A stretch of DNA of 64,000 nucleotides from Flectonema sp. DT1601 (lineage: Eukaryota): assembly GCA_964019425.1 (NCBI GenBank), contig OZ025795.1, forward strand, positions 1,240,001-1,304,000. The letters run 5' to 3'. The notes under the pieces are model-generated. The model was given only the letters and a program-made list of their open reading frames with translations. It ran no database searches and had not been told where the DNA came from. Shown here piece after piece: positions 8,779 through 21,400 of this stretch. Within the stretch, counting starts at the first letter, position 1. Each line of letters opens with the position of its first letter. Made by a program: the position numbers and the translations under genes.

Positions 8779-9329
8779 TGACACTAATGATATCGATGAG
8801 GAGATTCTGGCCAACCTGTTCAACAAATCTCATGCACTAACTTCCCTGTGAGAGTCACATGCTGACATGTTGGGTACAGAAGTGTTGGACTCTGTCTTCC
8901 TTAAGTTCATTTTATGTTTTATAAGATAAAAAATAAAAAAAAATCTCTTTTTTTTTTTTTCTTTTGTACCGATAGTCAGAGAAGAAACTATCGTTCCAGG
9001 CAGTAGTTATCAGACTCGTGAGCTGAGCTAGTCACGGTAGTGGTCTGAAGACTACTCATCGTGCATGGTTTCATTACACCCGGCCTTGTGCTAGTGTATT
9101 AGAACCATCGAGGACAAATCTCTTTACGGATTCTCCGAAAGCAACTACTTTTTTAGCATTGCAGTTATTAAATACTTCTTCCACAATGATTCAGAACAAT
9201 TACTTCTTTTTTTTTTTTTTTTGAAAAGCATATTTCGAAGTAAGCCAACTACAGTACCTGAAGATGACTACTTTATTTATTTATTTATTTTATTTTCACT
9301 TATTACTTGCAGTGTTGGGTAGATAAGAA

Positions 9330-11126
9330 ATGTCTGACATCCCTCCAAGTGATGAAGAACAACAACCGAGTGCATCAGTTGTAGTTGAGGACTGTGGTGG
9401 TGAAGAAGAAAAATCATCATCAAGGCGGAAGACTATGAGAGGAGACGTAATGAATACTCTTCACCGACCGATATACACACATTGTGAAGATAATAAAGCA
9501 GCTCGCATTCTACCACAGAAAACTCTACCGACAGCATTGAAAGTCCACCCGAAAGGATTTCGAGTTCTGAGCGGCAGAAGTCCAATTGAGAGAGGGCTAA
9601 TGTCGTATTTCAGGCTACCAATGGCACCATCTGGACAGAGGCTCCGAGACATGAAACGGGTCAAGCGAATGCTTCACATGAAAGGCAGACGCAGCGAACG
9701 AAAAAAGTCCACCAAACTTGATGGATGGGCTTTACTACATGCATCAAATGTTGCCGATCCAGAAGATGCTACGGAAGCAGTAATGACAGATATTGGTATT
9801 AGAGGTGTGGTACAAGAAGAGATGTCGTTCTTTAACAAGTTGGAATATCTTGATATTGGTGAGAATGAAGTTCAATTCCACGAACTACAACAGCTCAGAA
9901 ACCTCGAAGAGCTTCATCTTCATTGCTCTCAATTAGCGACTTTAAAGTTTCCGGGTGATACTTTTCAGAATTTGGAAACACTTAATTTATCATACAACAG
10001 ATTTAGTGATCATTCTGTATTAGAAACACTTTGTCTGTTGCCTGTGTTATTTAGACTGGATTTGTCAGGCAATAGATTCACAACGTTACCAGAGACTCTA
10101 CCATTCAAATCACTTCAAAAATTAGCACTTGAAGGCAACTGTCTTTCAGGTAATACGGTCTTTGAATCTCTCGGTACTATACCCACATTGCAAGAGGTTA
10201 ACTTAAATGGCAATAATCTGACGAAAATTAAAAAAATTGAAGGGAGTTTCTTGTCGTTATCTGTCATTGGATTATCGCAAAACAATTTCAGCTATTTTGA
10301 AGATTTGTACCCTTTGGTTATGTTCCCTGAGTTAAAAAGGGCAGTTCTTTGGGGAAATCCGATTTCTCGCAGACACAAAGACACCAGCATTCTTCTATAT
10401 GAATTAAACAAAGTAAATATTCAGGTGTATCTGGAGGGACCAATTCCTAAGAATAGAAATTTGGGTGAATTTTATGTTGCTAATTGCAAAAATATGATTA
10501 GAGTATCAGAACTTCAGAGGGCATGTCTTCATAAAAAAGATTCTGAAATAGCTCCTGTGGTCGTTACTGAAGATGAACAGCAATCTCACACGTCTTTTTT
10601 TATGACCGAAACGGGAATCGATCCTAATCAACCTGCAAGCCCTAAAAAGACAACGGTCAAACAACAGCAGCCATCGAAGGTTAAAAAGTCACACAATTAC
10701 GATGCTGCTACTAGACCATGGTTTGCTCTTGATAGTGATAATGTAGAAAGAGAAGCTGTTGATGAATTGGGTACGGGAGGTGTTAATGTTCCGGTTGATT
10801 TATCTGTTGTAGATAATAATATGGAATCTGTTACTGTGCCAGTCTGTGATAGCAGAAATATCGAAGATCTGCTACAGCGAATTACATCACCTGCTCAATC
10901 AGAGGATCCCTCTCGTAGGAAACCATCGACACTTAAAGGTGCTTATCGAGAATTACGATTAGCTCTCAGGACTCCGTTAACTAATCCAGTTGGTACAAAA
11001 CTAATCAGACGAGGTCGTCCTCGACCTGGAAACTGTGTCAGTTATCTCGGTCAAAATACCACAACCGCAATACAACCAACACCTCCACCTTCAACTGGTG
11101 CTTCAAGGTTGCCTCCGTTGGAATAA
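9330..11126 (+). CDS. Leucine-rich repeat protein, XRRA1-like
   Basis: 598 aa. SDS22-type LRRs (LxxLxLSxN) are preceded by LDGWALLHAS...P, which resembles XRRA1. Disordered C-terminus. Confidence 0.75.
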   Translation: MSDIPPSDEEQQPSASVVVEDCGGEEEKSSSRRKTMRGDVMNTLHRPIYTHCEDNKAARILPQKTLPTALKVHPKGFRVLSGRSPIERGLMSYFRLPMAPSGQRLRDMKRVKRMLHMKGRRSERKKSTKLDGWALLHASNVADPEDATEAVMTDIGIRGVVQEEMSFFNKLEYLDIGENEVQFHELQQLRNLEELHLHCSQLATLKFPGDTFQNLETLNLSYNRFSDHSVLETLCLLPVLFRLDLSGNRFTTLPETLPFKSLQKLALEGNCLSGNTVFESLGTIPTLQEVNLNGNNLTKIKKIEGSFLSLSVIGLSQNNFSYFEDLYPLVMFPELKRAVLWGNPISRRHKDTSILLYELNKVNIQVYLEGPIPKNRNLGEFYVANCKNMIRVSELQRACLHKKDSEIAPVVVTEDEQQSHTSFFMTETGIDPNQPASPKKTTVKQQQPSKVKKSHNYDAATRPWFALDSDNVEREAVDELGTGGVNVPVDLSVVDNNMESVTVPVCDSRNIEDLLQRITSPAQSEDPSRRKPSTLKGAYRELRLALRTPLTNPVGTKLIRRGRPRPGNCVSYLGQNTTTAIQPTPPPSTGASRLPPLE

Positions 11127-11959
11127 TACTTTTTTTTCTTTCTCACTGCGTTCTTATTTTAAAAGGTTCTTTATGGTTGCGTTTACAGCTATTAAACTTT
11201 TCTGGTTTTTTATTATTCGTTCTTTTCTTTCTTCCCGTTATTCTAGTTTACACTGAAGACGGGTCTTCCAACTTTTTTTTTGTCAACGTTTCTGCAGACA
11301 CTGAGTCCAACTGTTTTCTCATTATGTTCTGTACTAATAACTATTTTATCCGACTTATCGTCCTTTTAAATTCTATTATCAATTCGGAACTGTAACCCAC
11401 ACGGAAAAGATCATTACGAACGTTCAAAAAAGTTTTAGATTCAATTTTTCTGTGGTTTGTTTCGTTGCCTGATCACAGCCTTGAGAAAAGGCTACGCTCT
11501 CCTTCTGTGTCAGGCCGCATGTCGTGTCTACAATGAAGTGTCAACTTGGAACTGTTACGAACAAGAGGAATCCAACTGGTTAATTAAACCACAGCATGTC
11601 GCTTCATCACAGCGGTGGCGAGTGGCATGTGACTTCTGCCCAGTTCCCTGAAGCATGTCTTGGAGCTGTTCCGAACTAAAGTTAGCCTATTGGATAATTG
11701 AGTTACATTTATGGCTCCATGGCAATTCACAGCAATAACTATCTTCTACACAAACGTTTTTTTAATTTTTTTTTTTTTTTAAGTTTCTAAAAAAAGACAA
11801 AGAGGCAGTAAAGGTTTTATTTTATTTTTTCCCAAAGTTTCAACAAACAAACTAAAAAGGTGTCACTACTGTTGCTTTTATATTATAGTGTTTTTGTTTA
11901 ATAAACATTTTGAATTAGATTTAGAATTTGCTAACACAGGAAAAAAAAATAAAATAATA

Positions 11960-12463
11960 ATGTTGAAATCTCTTGACTATAAGAAGATCAGTAAGAGCAC
12001 TCCAGGACATGTTCCGAGGTTAAATTTATCAAATGTTGCGAGCAGTGATAAGAAAAACAGAATACCTACCAGAACAATGAGTGGTATGAAGAGAGGTGGA
12101 GCTTCTGTGTCGATATCACCCAGAATCGATAAGGAAAGAATAAAGTTATTTACTAGAAAGACTCCTAGAGCTGAGATTATTGATGACTCCTCCATCGATA
12201 CGGAACTCTCGTCTCTTCAATCACAATTATCTGTTAGCAATGAGGCTAATAAAAAACTTGTCGATGAGCTGACTACTACCAAAGCAACAAACGAATTCCT
12301 CACTGACAAGGTTCGGCAACTTGAAACTTACCACTCTCAAGCAAAGTCGGAGTGGGCTGAGGAACGTATAATGATGCAACAGCTGATTATTAAATTACAA
12401 AAATCAACTTCTGAGCCATCAGATGCATCGCAACCGAACTACAAATGCGGACTAATGGGGTGA
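11960..12463 (+). CDS. Hypothetical coiled-coil protein
   Basis: ATG at 11960 follows an AG site. 167 aa with a heptad-rich C-terminal half. Confidence 0.7.
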   Translation: MLKSLDYKKISKSTPGHVPRLNLSNVASSDKKNRIPTRTMSGMKRGGASVSISPRIDKERIKLFTRKTPRAEIIDDSSIDTELSSLQSQLSVSNEANKKLVDELTTTKATNEFLTDKVRQLETYHSQAKSEWAEERIMMQQLIIKLQKSTSEPSDASQPNYKCGLMG

Positions 12464-12752
12464 TACTGTTGCGTTAGTGGTGCTCATTAAAACTCTTTTC
12501 TCTTATTTGCAATACGCTGTTGAAGTCTCATGCTCCGGAATGGAACGGAAATTTTGTTAATTTTTTTTTTTTTTTTTTTTTTGCATTTGACAAGTATTGT
12601 AAGAACGAAAAAAAGAATGTCGGGCGGCACACGTAAACCTCTTTTAGCATTATCAGTTTAAATCGGTTCACGGGGTTTTCGTGACACAAACAAAACATCA
12701 ACAAAGTGTTATATTACTATTTTCTGTATAGTTTTTAAGATAAAGCCAACTC

Positions 12753-12785
<33 letters not shown>

Positions 12786-13174
12786 ATTATACGGGTTGAG
12801 TGTTGTTTGAAACTGTTCAACACATCAACATAGAAAAAGAGGGGAAAAAAAAAGAAGGAAAAAAAAAAAAAAATAGAGGTCCGACTTTATAATTTCTCTC
12901 GAGAGGATTGTTCTTTTTTTGTGTTAAATATGATTCCACTAAATTGCTTATTTATGTATAGTTATTGTATAGTGGTAACCTTATATATCTTTATAGTTGC
13001 TTCCGTGTGAAACTTCTCAACCGTCAACTTCTTTACGTGGATTACCATACCCTAGCCTTTTTTTTTTTTTTCCTTTTTAAAAAAACATTTTTTTATCGCA
13101 CTTTCTTTTTGACGTTTTTTTCCATCGAGTGTGAAATGTTTTAATTTTGCTGACCTCCTGTTATTTAATATAGA

Positions 13175-13209
<35 letters not shown>

Positions 13210-14175
13210 TTGCTTTGCTTGACTCTCCCCTAATACATATATAAGGCAATGAAAAAAAAACCTTTTTTTTTTTTTTTTTTTTTCCTATTAGAATTTATCT
13301 TCTCCTTTTCACTTTTTTCAATTTTTCTGTTAACTATGTATGAAAAAAACATCATGCATTTATTGTTATTGCAAGGGACCTCTTCATGTTTCTGTGCGAA
13401 ATCTTCGGATATGGCTACGGATTGGGTCCTCTGTTACTGTGAGTTACCTAGCACTCATAATATACAGTAACGTTGGATTATATAACTAACTAACTAACTA
13501 ACTGTTAATTAATGATACTAACTGTGGAGTAGGCTTCCTTTTTCCCATCTTCTGATGGTTTGTTGACATGTGTAATTGTAGATTTTTTTTTATATATTTT
13601 TTATTTTTAATTCAATTTAGAGAAAATAACAGCTACTCAACACACTTTTGGTACCAACACACTGCTTGTTTCTCGCATGTTGATGACTGTTCTTTCTCTG
13701 ATTTTTTTTCGTTCTTTTTTTTTTTGCACCGACGAAGTCGGAGAAGAAACTATTCAGGTTAAACAGCCGTTTTCTTTATTATGTTTCAAAATGACAGATG
13801 TTGTGCGACAGTATTACTGTCTTCGGCCAAAAACCATCCGGATTAAGGTTTTCAATCTGAATAGTTTCTTCTCCGACTACGTCGGTACAACAAAAAAAGA
13901 TATAAGGCTTTGAATCCGAACCGGTTTTTTTTTTTTATTGTACGTTATATATTTCTTTTGCCTCTGCCTTTTTGTAATAACACTTTTATCTGTAAAAAAA
14001 AAAAAAGAAGAAGAAGAAAAAAAAAAAAATTGCCCTGCTAATTCTGTTGTTCAATATACTTTGAGCATATTATACAACAGAGTTTGTTGTCATGTCAGGT
14101 GGTATATAGTATCTCTTACCTGGAGTGATGTTACTTTATAAACCTTTTTTTTTTTTTCAGATACTGCGAAGAGAC

Positions 14176-15024
14176 ATGTTAACAGTCTTGGTTGGAACTA
14201 TATGTCTATCGGCGATATTTCCAACTGGATGCAGAATTGATTGTCCATCATCGTCAGGAGTATGTGGGTGTCGAAGTGGTGGATGTCAATGTGCAACTGG
14301 TAGTGGATGTGGTGATGATGGAATGTGCTACCCATGTTCTTACTGGGACTGTAGATCATTTCCACTCAATTCTGGATGCAAATGCGATGCTGGCACACTG
14401 TGCACAACTGCTGGAACTTGTTCGATATTAGAAAACCATAAATTAACAGGAGATCATCCAAACTGTGTTGGGTTCTCATGTAATAATTTAGGTTTCGCTG
14501 ATTTCATCGATGGACGTTGTACTTGTAAATGCACTTCAGGATACACTGGAGCTTCTTGTAATCAATGCAATGATGGTAAATCAGGATGGCCTCATTGTAC
14601 ATCTGTTGGAATTGATTGCCCAGCTGATTATTGCAATCATCATGGCATTCCTTATTACTCATCAGTAAGTAGATTATGTTTGTGTAGATGTAGTTCTGGA
14701 TTTTCAGGTGAACGATGCACATCATGCAGCTCAGGTGTTGGACTATACCCGGAGTGTTCTTCGAATATTACAATATCATCGGCTTCGACAGCATCAGCAG
14801 GTGAGGACTACCTCATTCCAACTGTTGTTGGTGTTTCTGTTTTGGTGTTAGTTCTGGTGGTTGGTCTTTGTGTTGTTTGGAGCTTTACAAGAAAAGATAA
14901 ATCGAAGAAAAATTCTTCCGATAAAGAAAACCCTGAAAGTGTACCACCACCACAACCAGATCCGTATGTTGTTAATGGACATCACCACCAGAACCCAATC
15001 GACAATTCATTCCCAGGTAAGTGA
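14176..15024 (+). CDS. Cys-rich EGF/laminin-EGF-like type I membrane protein
   Basis: Signal peptide MLTVLVGTICLSA, two CxCxxG(Y/F)xGxxC motifs and a TM helix (VVGVSVLVLVLVVGLCVVW). A GTAAGT just before the stop codon could be a splice donor extending the gene. Confidence 0.8.
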   Translation: MLTVLVGTICLSAIFPTGCRIDCPSSSGVCGCRSGGCQCATGSGCGDDGMCYPCSYWDCRSFPLNSGCKCDAGTLCTTAGTCSILENHKLTGDHPNCVGFSCNNLGFADFIDGRCTCKCTSGYTGASCNQCNDGKSGWPHCTSVGIDCPADYCNHHGIPYYSSVSRLCLCRCSSGFSGERCTSCSSGVGLYPECSSNITISSASTASAGEDYLIPTVVGVSVLVLVLVVGLCVVWSFTRKDKSKKNSSDKENPESVPPPQPDPYVVNGHHHQNPIDNSFPGK

Positions 15025-15405
15025 TTTGGTATCGGGGGAGTGAAAAAAAATTTTTTTTTTTCCCCCCCGATCTCCGCATAATCTCAAGTAGCACTATTTT
15101 CCTTTTAGAAACAAACTCATAATTTAGCTGTATTTAATGTGTCAAAAAAAAAAAAAAAAAAAACCCACACTCTGAAAAATACGATAATTAGAATCGTCGT
15201 TTTCGAGTACGTGTAATTACTAGAACTTTTAATGTACTTAAGTAAGTGATTGATGTTCGTTATTTGTTTTTGATTTACAGTTGGGAGAATATGATGCAGT
15301 CCGGAGAAAAACTTTCATCTGTTATAATTATGTTTTATTTAAATTTACTCAAACAGGGTGGCAGGGGGAGGAGGAGGAAGTGAGTTGTGGGGGGGGTTTT
15401 TTAAA

Positions 15406-18400
15406 ATGAGCGATTCTGACGATGATCAACTCGCAGAGATATTGGGTACAGACTTAAACAACTATCTACTAAACAGAGGTGATAGGAGAACTACTTTATC
15501 GTGTGGTGATTATGATGAAGCAGACTTAGACAGAATCTTAAACGAAGACGAAGGTAACAATGATTCAAGAACTCCAACCTTACCATCTGCTGGATCTTCC
15601 AGTGATGAAGATGAACGATTAATAGCTGAGCTCTACGCTATGGAAGGCATCATCGATGAAGCAAAGAAACCCACAACTGTTGAAGAAGAACAACAATCTC
15701 CTCCTCCAGTTGAAAATAACATCGCTCTTGTTCCCGAAATCGAAGAAGAAGCATTGTCTCCTACATCACTGTCTCCCGAACCAACGGTTTCCCCATCACC
15801 AAAGAATCAAAAGCGTGGATTCTTTTCAAGAGTTTCAAATTCAAACAGTGCTTCCCCAAGAAACAAGAGTAATAGTCCTCAAAAAGGTTGGTCATCAGTG
15901 ACAAATAAAATTCTTGGTGGATGTAAAGCTGAGAATACCCAAAGCTCAATTCTCGATGACGGAAGTACTTTAAAAGATGAAATCGAACTCTTGGAACAAA
16001 TAATAGCTGAGATAGAAGCTGATGATGAGAGTACTGTTAGTGATACGGATTTAGGTCTTAATGAAACAATAATAGACGTCGATACCATTTTAAAGAATGC
16101 TGAGCGGGCGGTAAATCGTCGAAACGGATCACAGTCTGAAGCACCTTCTCATCAGTATAGCACACTCGCAGCATCGAGTACGAATTTTGGTAAAATTCCT
16201 CTCTTAAAACACACAAACTATTCAGAAATTAGCGCAGAGCTGTACGAACGCCGTAACGACGCTGGTTTTCAAGTTGTTTCGGTTTCCGCTACTGCGGTCG
16301 CTACACCACTTGCTAAACGACGCAATATCAAAATATCATTCGCTGTAGGCACAGCTGATGGAGGAGTCATGTTGTTTACGGATGCAGGTCTGTAACTTTC
16401 TTTCTCACACGTCATAATTGGATGCTTAATTAAAAAAAAAAAAGATAATAAAAAATAGGAAAACGTTGCGACCATTTATCAGCCCCATCTGCATCTGCAG
16501 GGATGTGTACATGCATTGATTTGTTTCATACAGGAGAAGCAGTTGCTTGCGGATATCAAAACGGATCTGTCGTCCTGTTCGATACCGTGTCAAGAACAAT
16601 TATGAGAACTTTAGAAGGTGAATGGGGTGCACCCTTACACCGGGTTCAATGGATGCTAAGCACTGACCCACCTAATAAGATATGTGGACAATGTATTCAC
16701 GGAACTGTTAAGATTATAGCTTTACGAAAGATGCTTAAAATGACGCAGGTTCAGCTTGCTGCTGGAGTTGATAAAGAGATGTTAGAAATCTCAAATATTA
16801 CAATAAAACCACCTCATCGATTAGACTTAGAGGCTGTACCACTACTCGCAATGGCATCTCGTAAAGTCTTAACTCTGACTAAAGTAAAGTTTACGACCGC
16901 TTCGATATCAATACCAGAACCGTTTTATTCTTTTGATAATCCTCATGATGCTCCTCGTCCTGGAACTGAACGAGAAACTACTGCCGCAGACAGAGCCGCA
17001 CTCGCAAAGAAAGGAAAAGCATATTTCCAATCAGTTCGAAAAAAAGAAGCCGAAAGAAAATTACGCGAAGACCGTGCGATCGCATTCCCAACTCTGTCCT
17101 GGTTAACAAGAAGAGATCCAGAACTGGTTGTGTTGTGGCATGATTTCTTATTTGTTGTTCAAGTTGATAGTAATTCATTACTTGATAAAGACATGAGGCC
17201 AAGAATCATACCTGTAGCACAAGTGTTATTAAAATACGCTGCAGTCAGCTGTGTCTACATGTCTCAACGTGCTGTTACTGTTATTGACAGCAGAGGTACT
17301 ATTTTAGTAGTCGATCCGAGAGTGAGTCCAACCAGAGCAACTGTCGACGCTTCTGATATTAAATTAACCCTCGATGTGACAGTAGCATCTAGCGGTGGTC
17401 GTAAGAGTGTACGACAAGCTATTTGTGGATATGTCAACGACGGTACTGCATCCCTTCTAGCTCTCGGTAGAGCACCTGTGAGTCTTTTAAAATGGGAAAT
17501 ACTCAGATGGGATGACAGGTTACAATTATTAGGTCCAAGTATTGAAGCTTTAACTCTCGCAAAGCAAATGCGTCTCGGAGAAGCTGCAGCTGTTGTTGGT
17601 CTTCCTGAACAAGAAAGTAGTAGAAATTCACTTTTAGATGAATCGATCGAAAGAATGATCGCAGCATACCTGACAAGAGAAACAGAATCATCCAATACAA
17701 CATCAGCAGACATGTGGAGATCACTCGGGTTGTTCCTTTTTGAGTATTGCTGTTCTGTGGAGTTGCCTGGATTGTTATTCACTGGACTTTACAAAGCATT
17801 CTGTCAATATGGAATGACAAACATATGGGCGACACTTTTAGAACCTTGTATTAGAAGTAAAAAGGTTAGTGGGATGCCTAACTTCTTTGTTAACTTATTA
17901 GCTGAATGGCTATTAAAGGGAGCAGTGCTTTGCTATATATTTGAAGGTCCTCATGAATGTAATGGTTCACCTGATAAAGTAATTCAAATAGCTCATGATA
18001 GTAGTCATAATCCGAGAGTGTTCACCATAGATGTTTTTGTCAAACCAAGTACTTCATCAAAGCGCAATGTTCAAACACCAGTATCATCATTGTGCTATAA
18101 AACGAATTCTGGTTGGTCTTTCACTCTAACAGAAAATTCAATTTGGTCTCTCGAGCTTGGCACAGGTGATGACATAATCACTATGTCCGATACCAGTGAA
18201 AGGCCTGCGGAATCTTATTACCCAGAATGGACACGTTTAACGGCAGTTTACGCATCTGGTGAAGCAAATTTTTACATCAACAAACAACTGGTTGATTCCC
18301 AAGAAGTTTATTCTTTCATTCCGAATACTGGAAGCCCTCTCATTATTGGTGGGACTGTGAGAGAGAGTTCAGTCGGATCTGGAGTGGTGGACATTGAAAA

Positions 18401-21400
18401 GAGTTTCATTGGAGGAGTTAAAAATTTATTTATTTATAGTTCGACTCATTATCCTTTTGTTGAAGTTAGTGAAGACTATGAACAAATAGATCTTATTACT
18501 GATGATATTTATGCTCCTTCAGTTAGAGAGGAAGCCTCTACAATGCATCCAAGTGAACCAAACACGTTGTTTGCAGCAGATGATCTGCTGCCAGAAATTG
18601 CGAGCATTTCATCATCAGGTTCTGAAACTGGGTCACAGATAACAAGCAGCTCTCCTTTAAGTCGATTGGAAGCTTTACTGTTGAACTTGACACCTGAATC
18701 TATGGCGGAATTCTCAGGTAAATATAACGTAGTTCTGTCGGTCGCTTATAAATTTCATCTTTTTCGTTCGTTTACGTTTTATCACAATAAAGCCACAGCG
18801 GACGGATACATCACACCTTTAACTCTTTTATTCGGAATGCTTGGTAAGCCTGTTCCTGGATCTGTTGTTCGCCACACATCACAATCTGATTGTGGTACAG
18901 TCATTGAGTCTGAGCCACCTCACTTGGTAATAGACTTCTCTGGTGATATAAAAAAAATATCTGCCGGTGAGCTTACCGTAACCCAATCATCACCTCCAAA
19001 TAAATGGGTTCGAAGGGTGTTGTTGGAATATTTAAAACGCCTCTTCAGAGGTCGAACATTCAACATCGGTCATGAGGTACCCAAAGAACAGCTTCGCAGT
19101 ATAAAAAAAAATGCTTTGGATTTTTTATTTCATGAAGATTCTGGTAAAAAAGAATCAAAAATACATCACAGAAGCTATCCAGTGTTGGAAGAACTGATGA
19201 AACACGATGCTGAAGGAGTTATTCTCGCGATAATTGCATCGTTTAAGGATGACTCGGTAAGTTACTCACCTTGGAGAAAGATCTTAGCGCCGGGGGTTCG
19301 TCCATTGACGCTAATGGAAGCTCCGCAACCTTCAAGTCGTTTCAGACTCTCTCGAGATGAAGTGATCGCAGTTTTAATAACAAAATTGAACGTCTCTGAG
19401 TTCCAACCGTTCGAAGCAAGTAAGACTTTTCAAAGACCATGGCCTGCTAAGAAGGATGTTGTTTCACTGTTTTTACTAATTGCTGAATCAATATCGAGAG
19501 AAGTCATCCAACCAAAAAAATTCAACAAAGACATGATCAAAAGAGTAGTTACTCATTTAACACACGCATGTCCACCTGAGGAAACAATCGCAAGACAAAA
19601 GAAACTTGAAGCAATGTTGGAAGTAGCTTTACATCCAGAAAAAGGATGTTGGGGTGAAGCAGGTTTATCAGAAGAAGAAACAGCGCAGTTGTCTAGTTTG
19701 GTTCAAGCCGCAGGATTCGCTATGTTGCAGATCTATTTTTATAAAAGAGACAATGACTATATGGCTGTTCTTCGATCATATCTGCAGGCTCATCATGACC
19801 CTGACTGTTTGATTGAAGATGATGCAGTGTTTGTCTTCTTAGAAGAAACAATGGGTCGAGCATCACACGCTACTTCAGATAGACAATCAAAACTTCAAAA
19901 AGCCGTCGTTGAAAATTTTATGGACCTCGTAAAAGTAAATTCAACCAGAGCAGCTCAACTCGGTGTTAAATGCCTCCGTTCTGAACACAGTTTGATTCTC
20001 AAGCAGTTAGACGCTGATCCCAAAACTCAATATGGATATCTTCAATCACTTTATACGACAACAGCAACACAACCAGGTGACCCTGATGATGATGACTATA
20101 TTGATTTACCAAGTCTTTTTGATGCAGAAACAGTCATGAAGTTCATATCACTTCTATGTATGTTTGATGAGAGAACTCTATTAGACTTCCTTCGTAAGAA
20201 TGAGGGTGTCGTTGAAATACCTCGCATGCTTCACATAATAGAACGAACTGTTAGTCGTTCTGATGATCAGGAGGGTTATGGAGAAGGTCGTGACTCAGCC
20301 AAAGCATATTTATATTCAAAAACTGGTAGGTATGGTGAAGCGTTAAATCTTTTATTTAATGGTCTCCCAGCGAGAATGCAAGAAGTCAGGGCAAGAGTTG
20401 TTGATCGTGTCGCAAGAGAACAATACTACACAGCGTCACACGCATCAGGTGTGAGTTATGATATTTCATCACCAGCATTTGGATTTGGGACAACAAAAGC
20501 AAGCACAACCATACCTAGGACATTATCAGACACGTCTCACGCCATACTTGGGGATCTTACTATCGCACAGGAAATTCTTCAAACAAGAGAAGCTCGTGCC
20601 GTGTTTGAACTTATTGATATCGGAGCGTCTCTATGTACAGATGCTATGAATGGAGGAGGTCCTGACGATGACGGATCTCATGTTTGGTTTACTTTGTTAG
20701 ATAAGTTTATCAGACCGAAAAAAATACTTTCAGACGTCGAAAAAGAATCTTTTGAATGGTTTAAATTTGAAGCCGTCATTGGTGGTATCGCTATTGTCGC
20801 AACTACTTTAATTGAACTTCGGCTTTCTCGAAAGCAAACTATGAAGAAATTATCTTCACACGAACCTACTCAGGGATTGGAACGACGTAATAAAATTAGA
20901 GATCTTCGTCTTGGCAGTCGGATCTCAATTAGCGATTCAAATGTTGTCGATGAGCTTGCTGAAGTATCGGTATGTGTATTCTTCTCAAGTCTACAACTGT
21001 AGTACAGAATAGAAAGCGGAAGAAAAAACAAAACAAAAAAACAGGCGCGTGAACGTATCCGTACCAAGTACAATCCAAGTAGAAGGCTCCTCGTGTCTTC
21101 TTTCTCTCCACACTTATTCTCTGCAAACCAGAGAATGCAAGAGGTGTGTACTTTCAGTATCTCTGTAGTGTATCCAAACAAATATAAAAAAAAACAAAAT
21201 AAAATAACAGCTTTACACGCAATTCATTACACACATCCTTCTGCAGATGATGATAAAGATGCACAACTCTCAGGTATTAATAAAAAAAGGAAAACATATT
21301 TCAATCTTATAACTGGAACGCTAATAACAAAAAAAAAAAACATAACACAAAAAACAGGCAACGACAGAGCAAGAAGCACAAGAAATAAATGAATTGCGAA

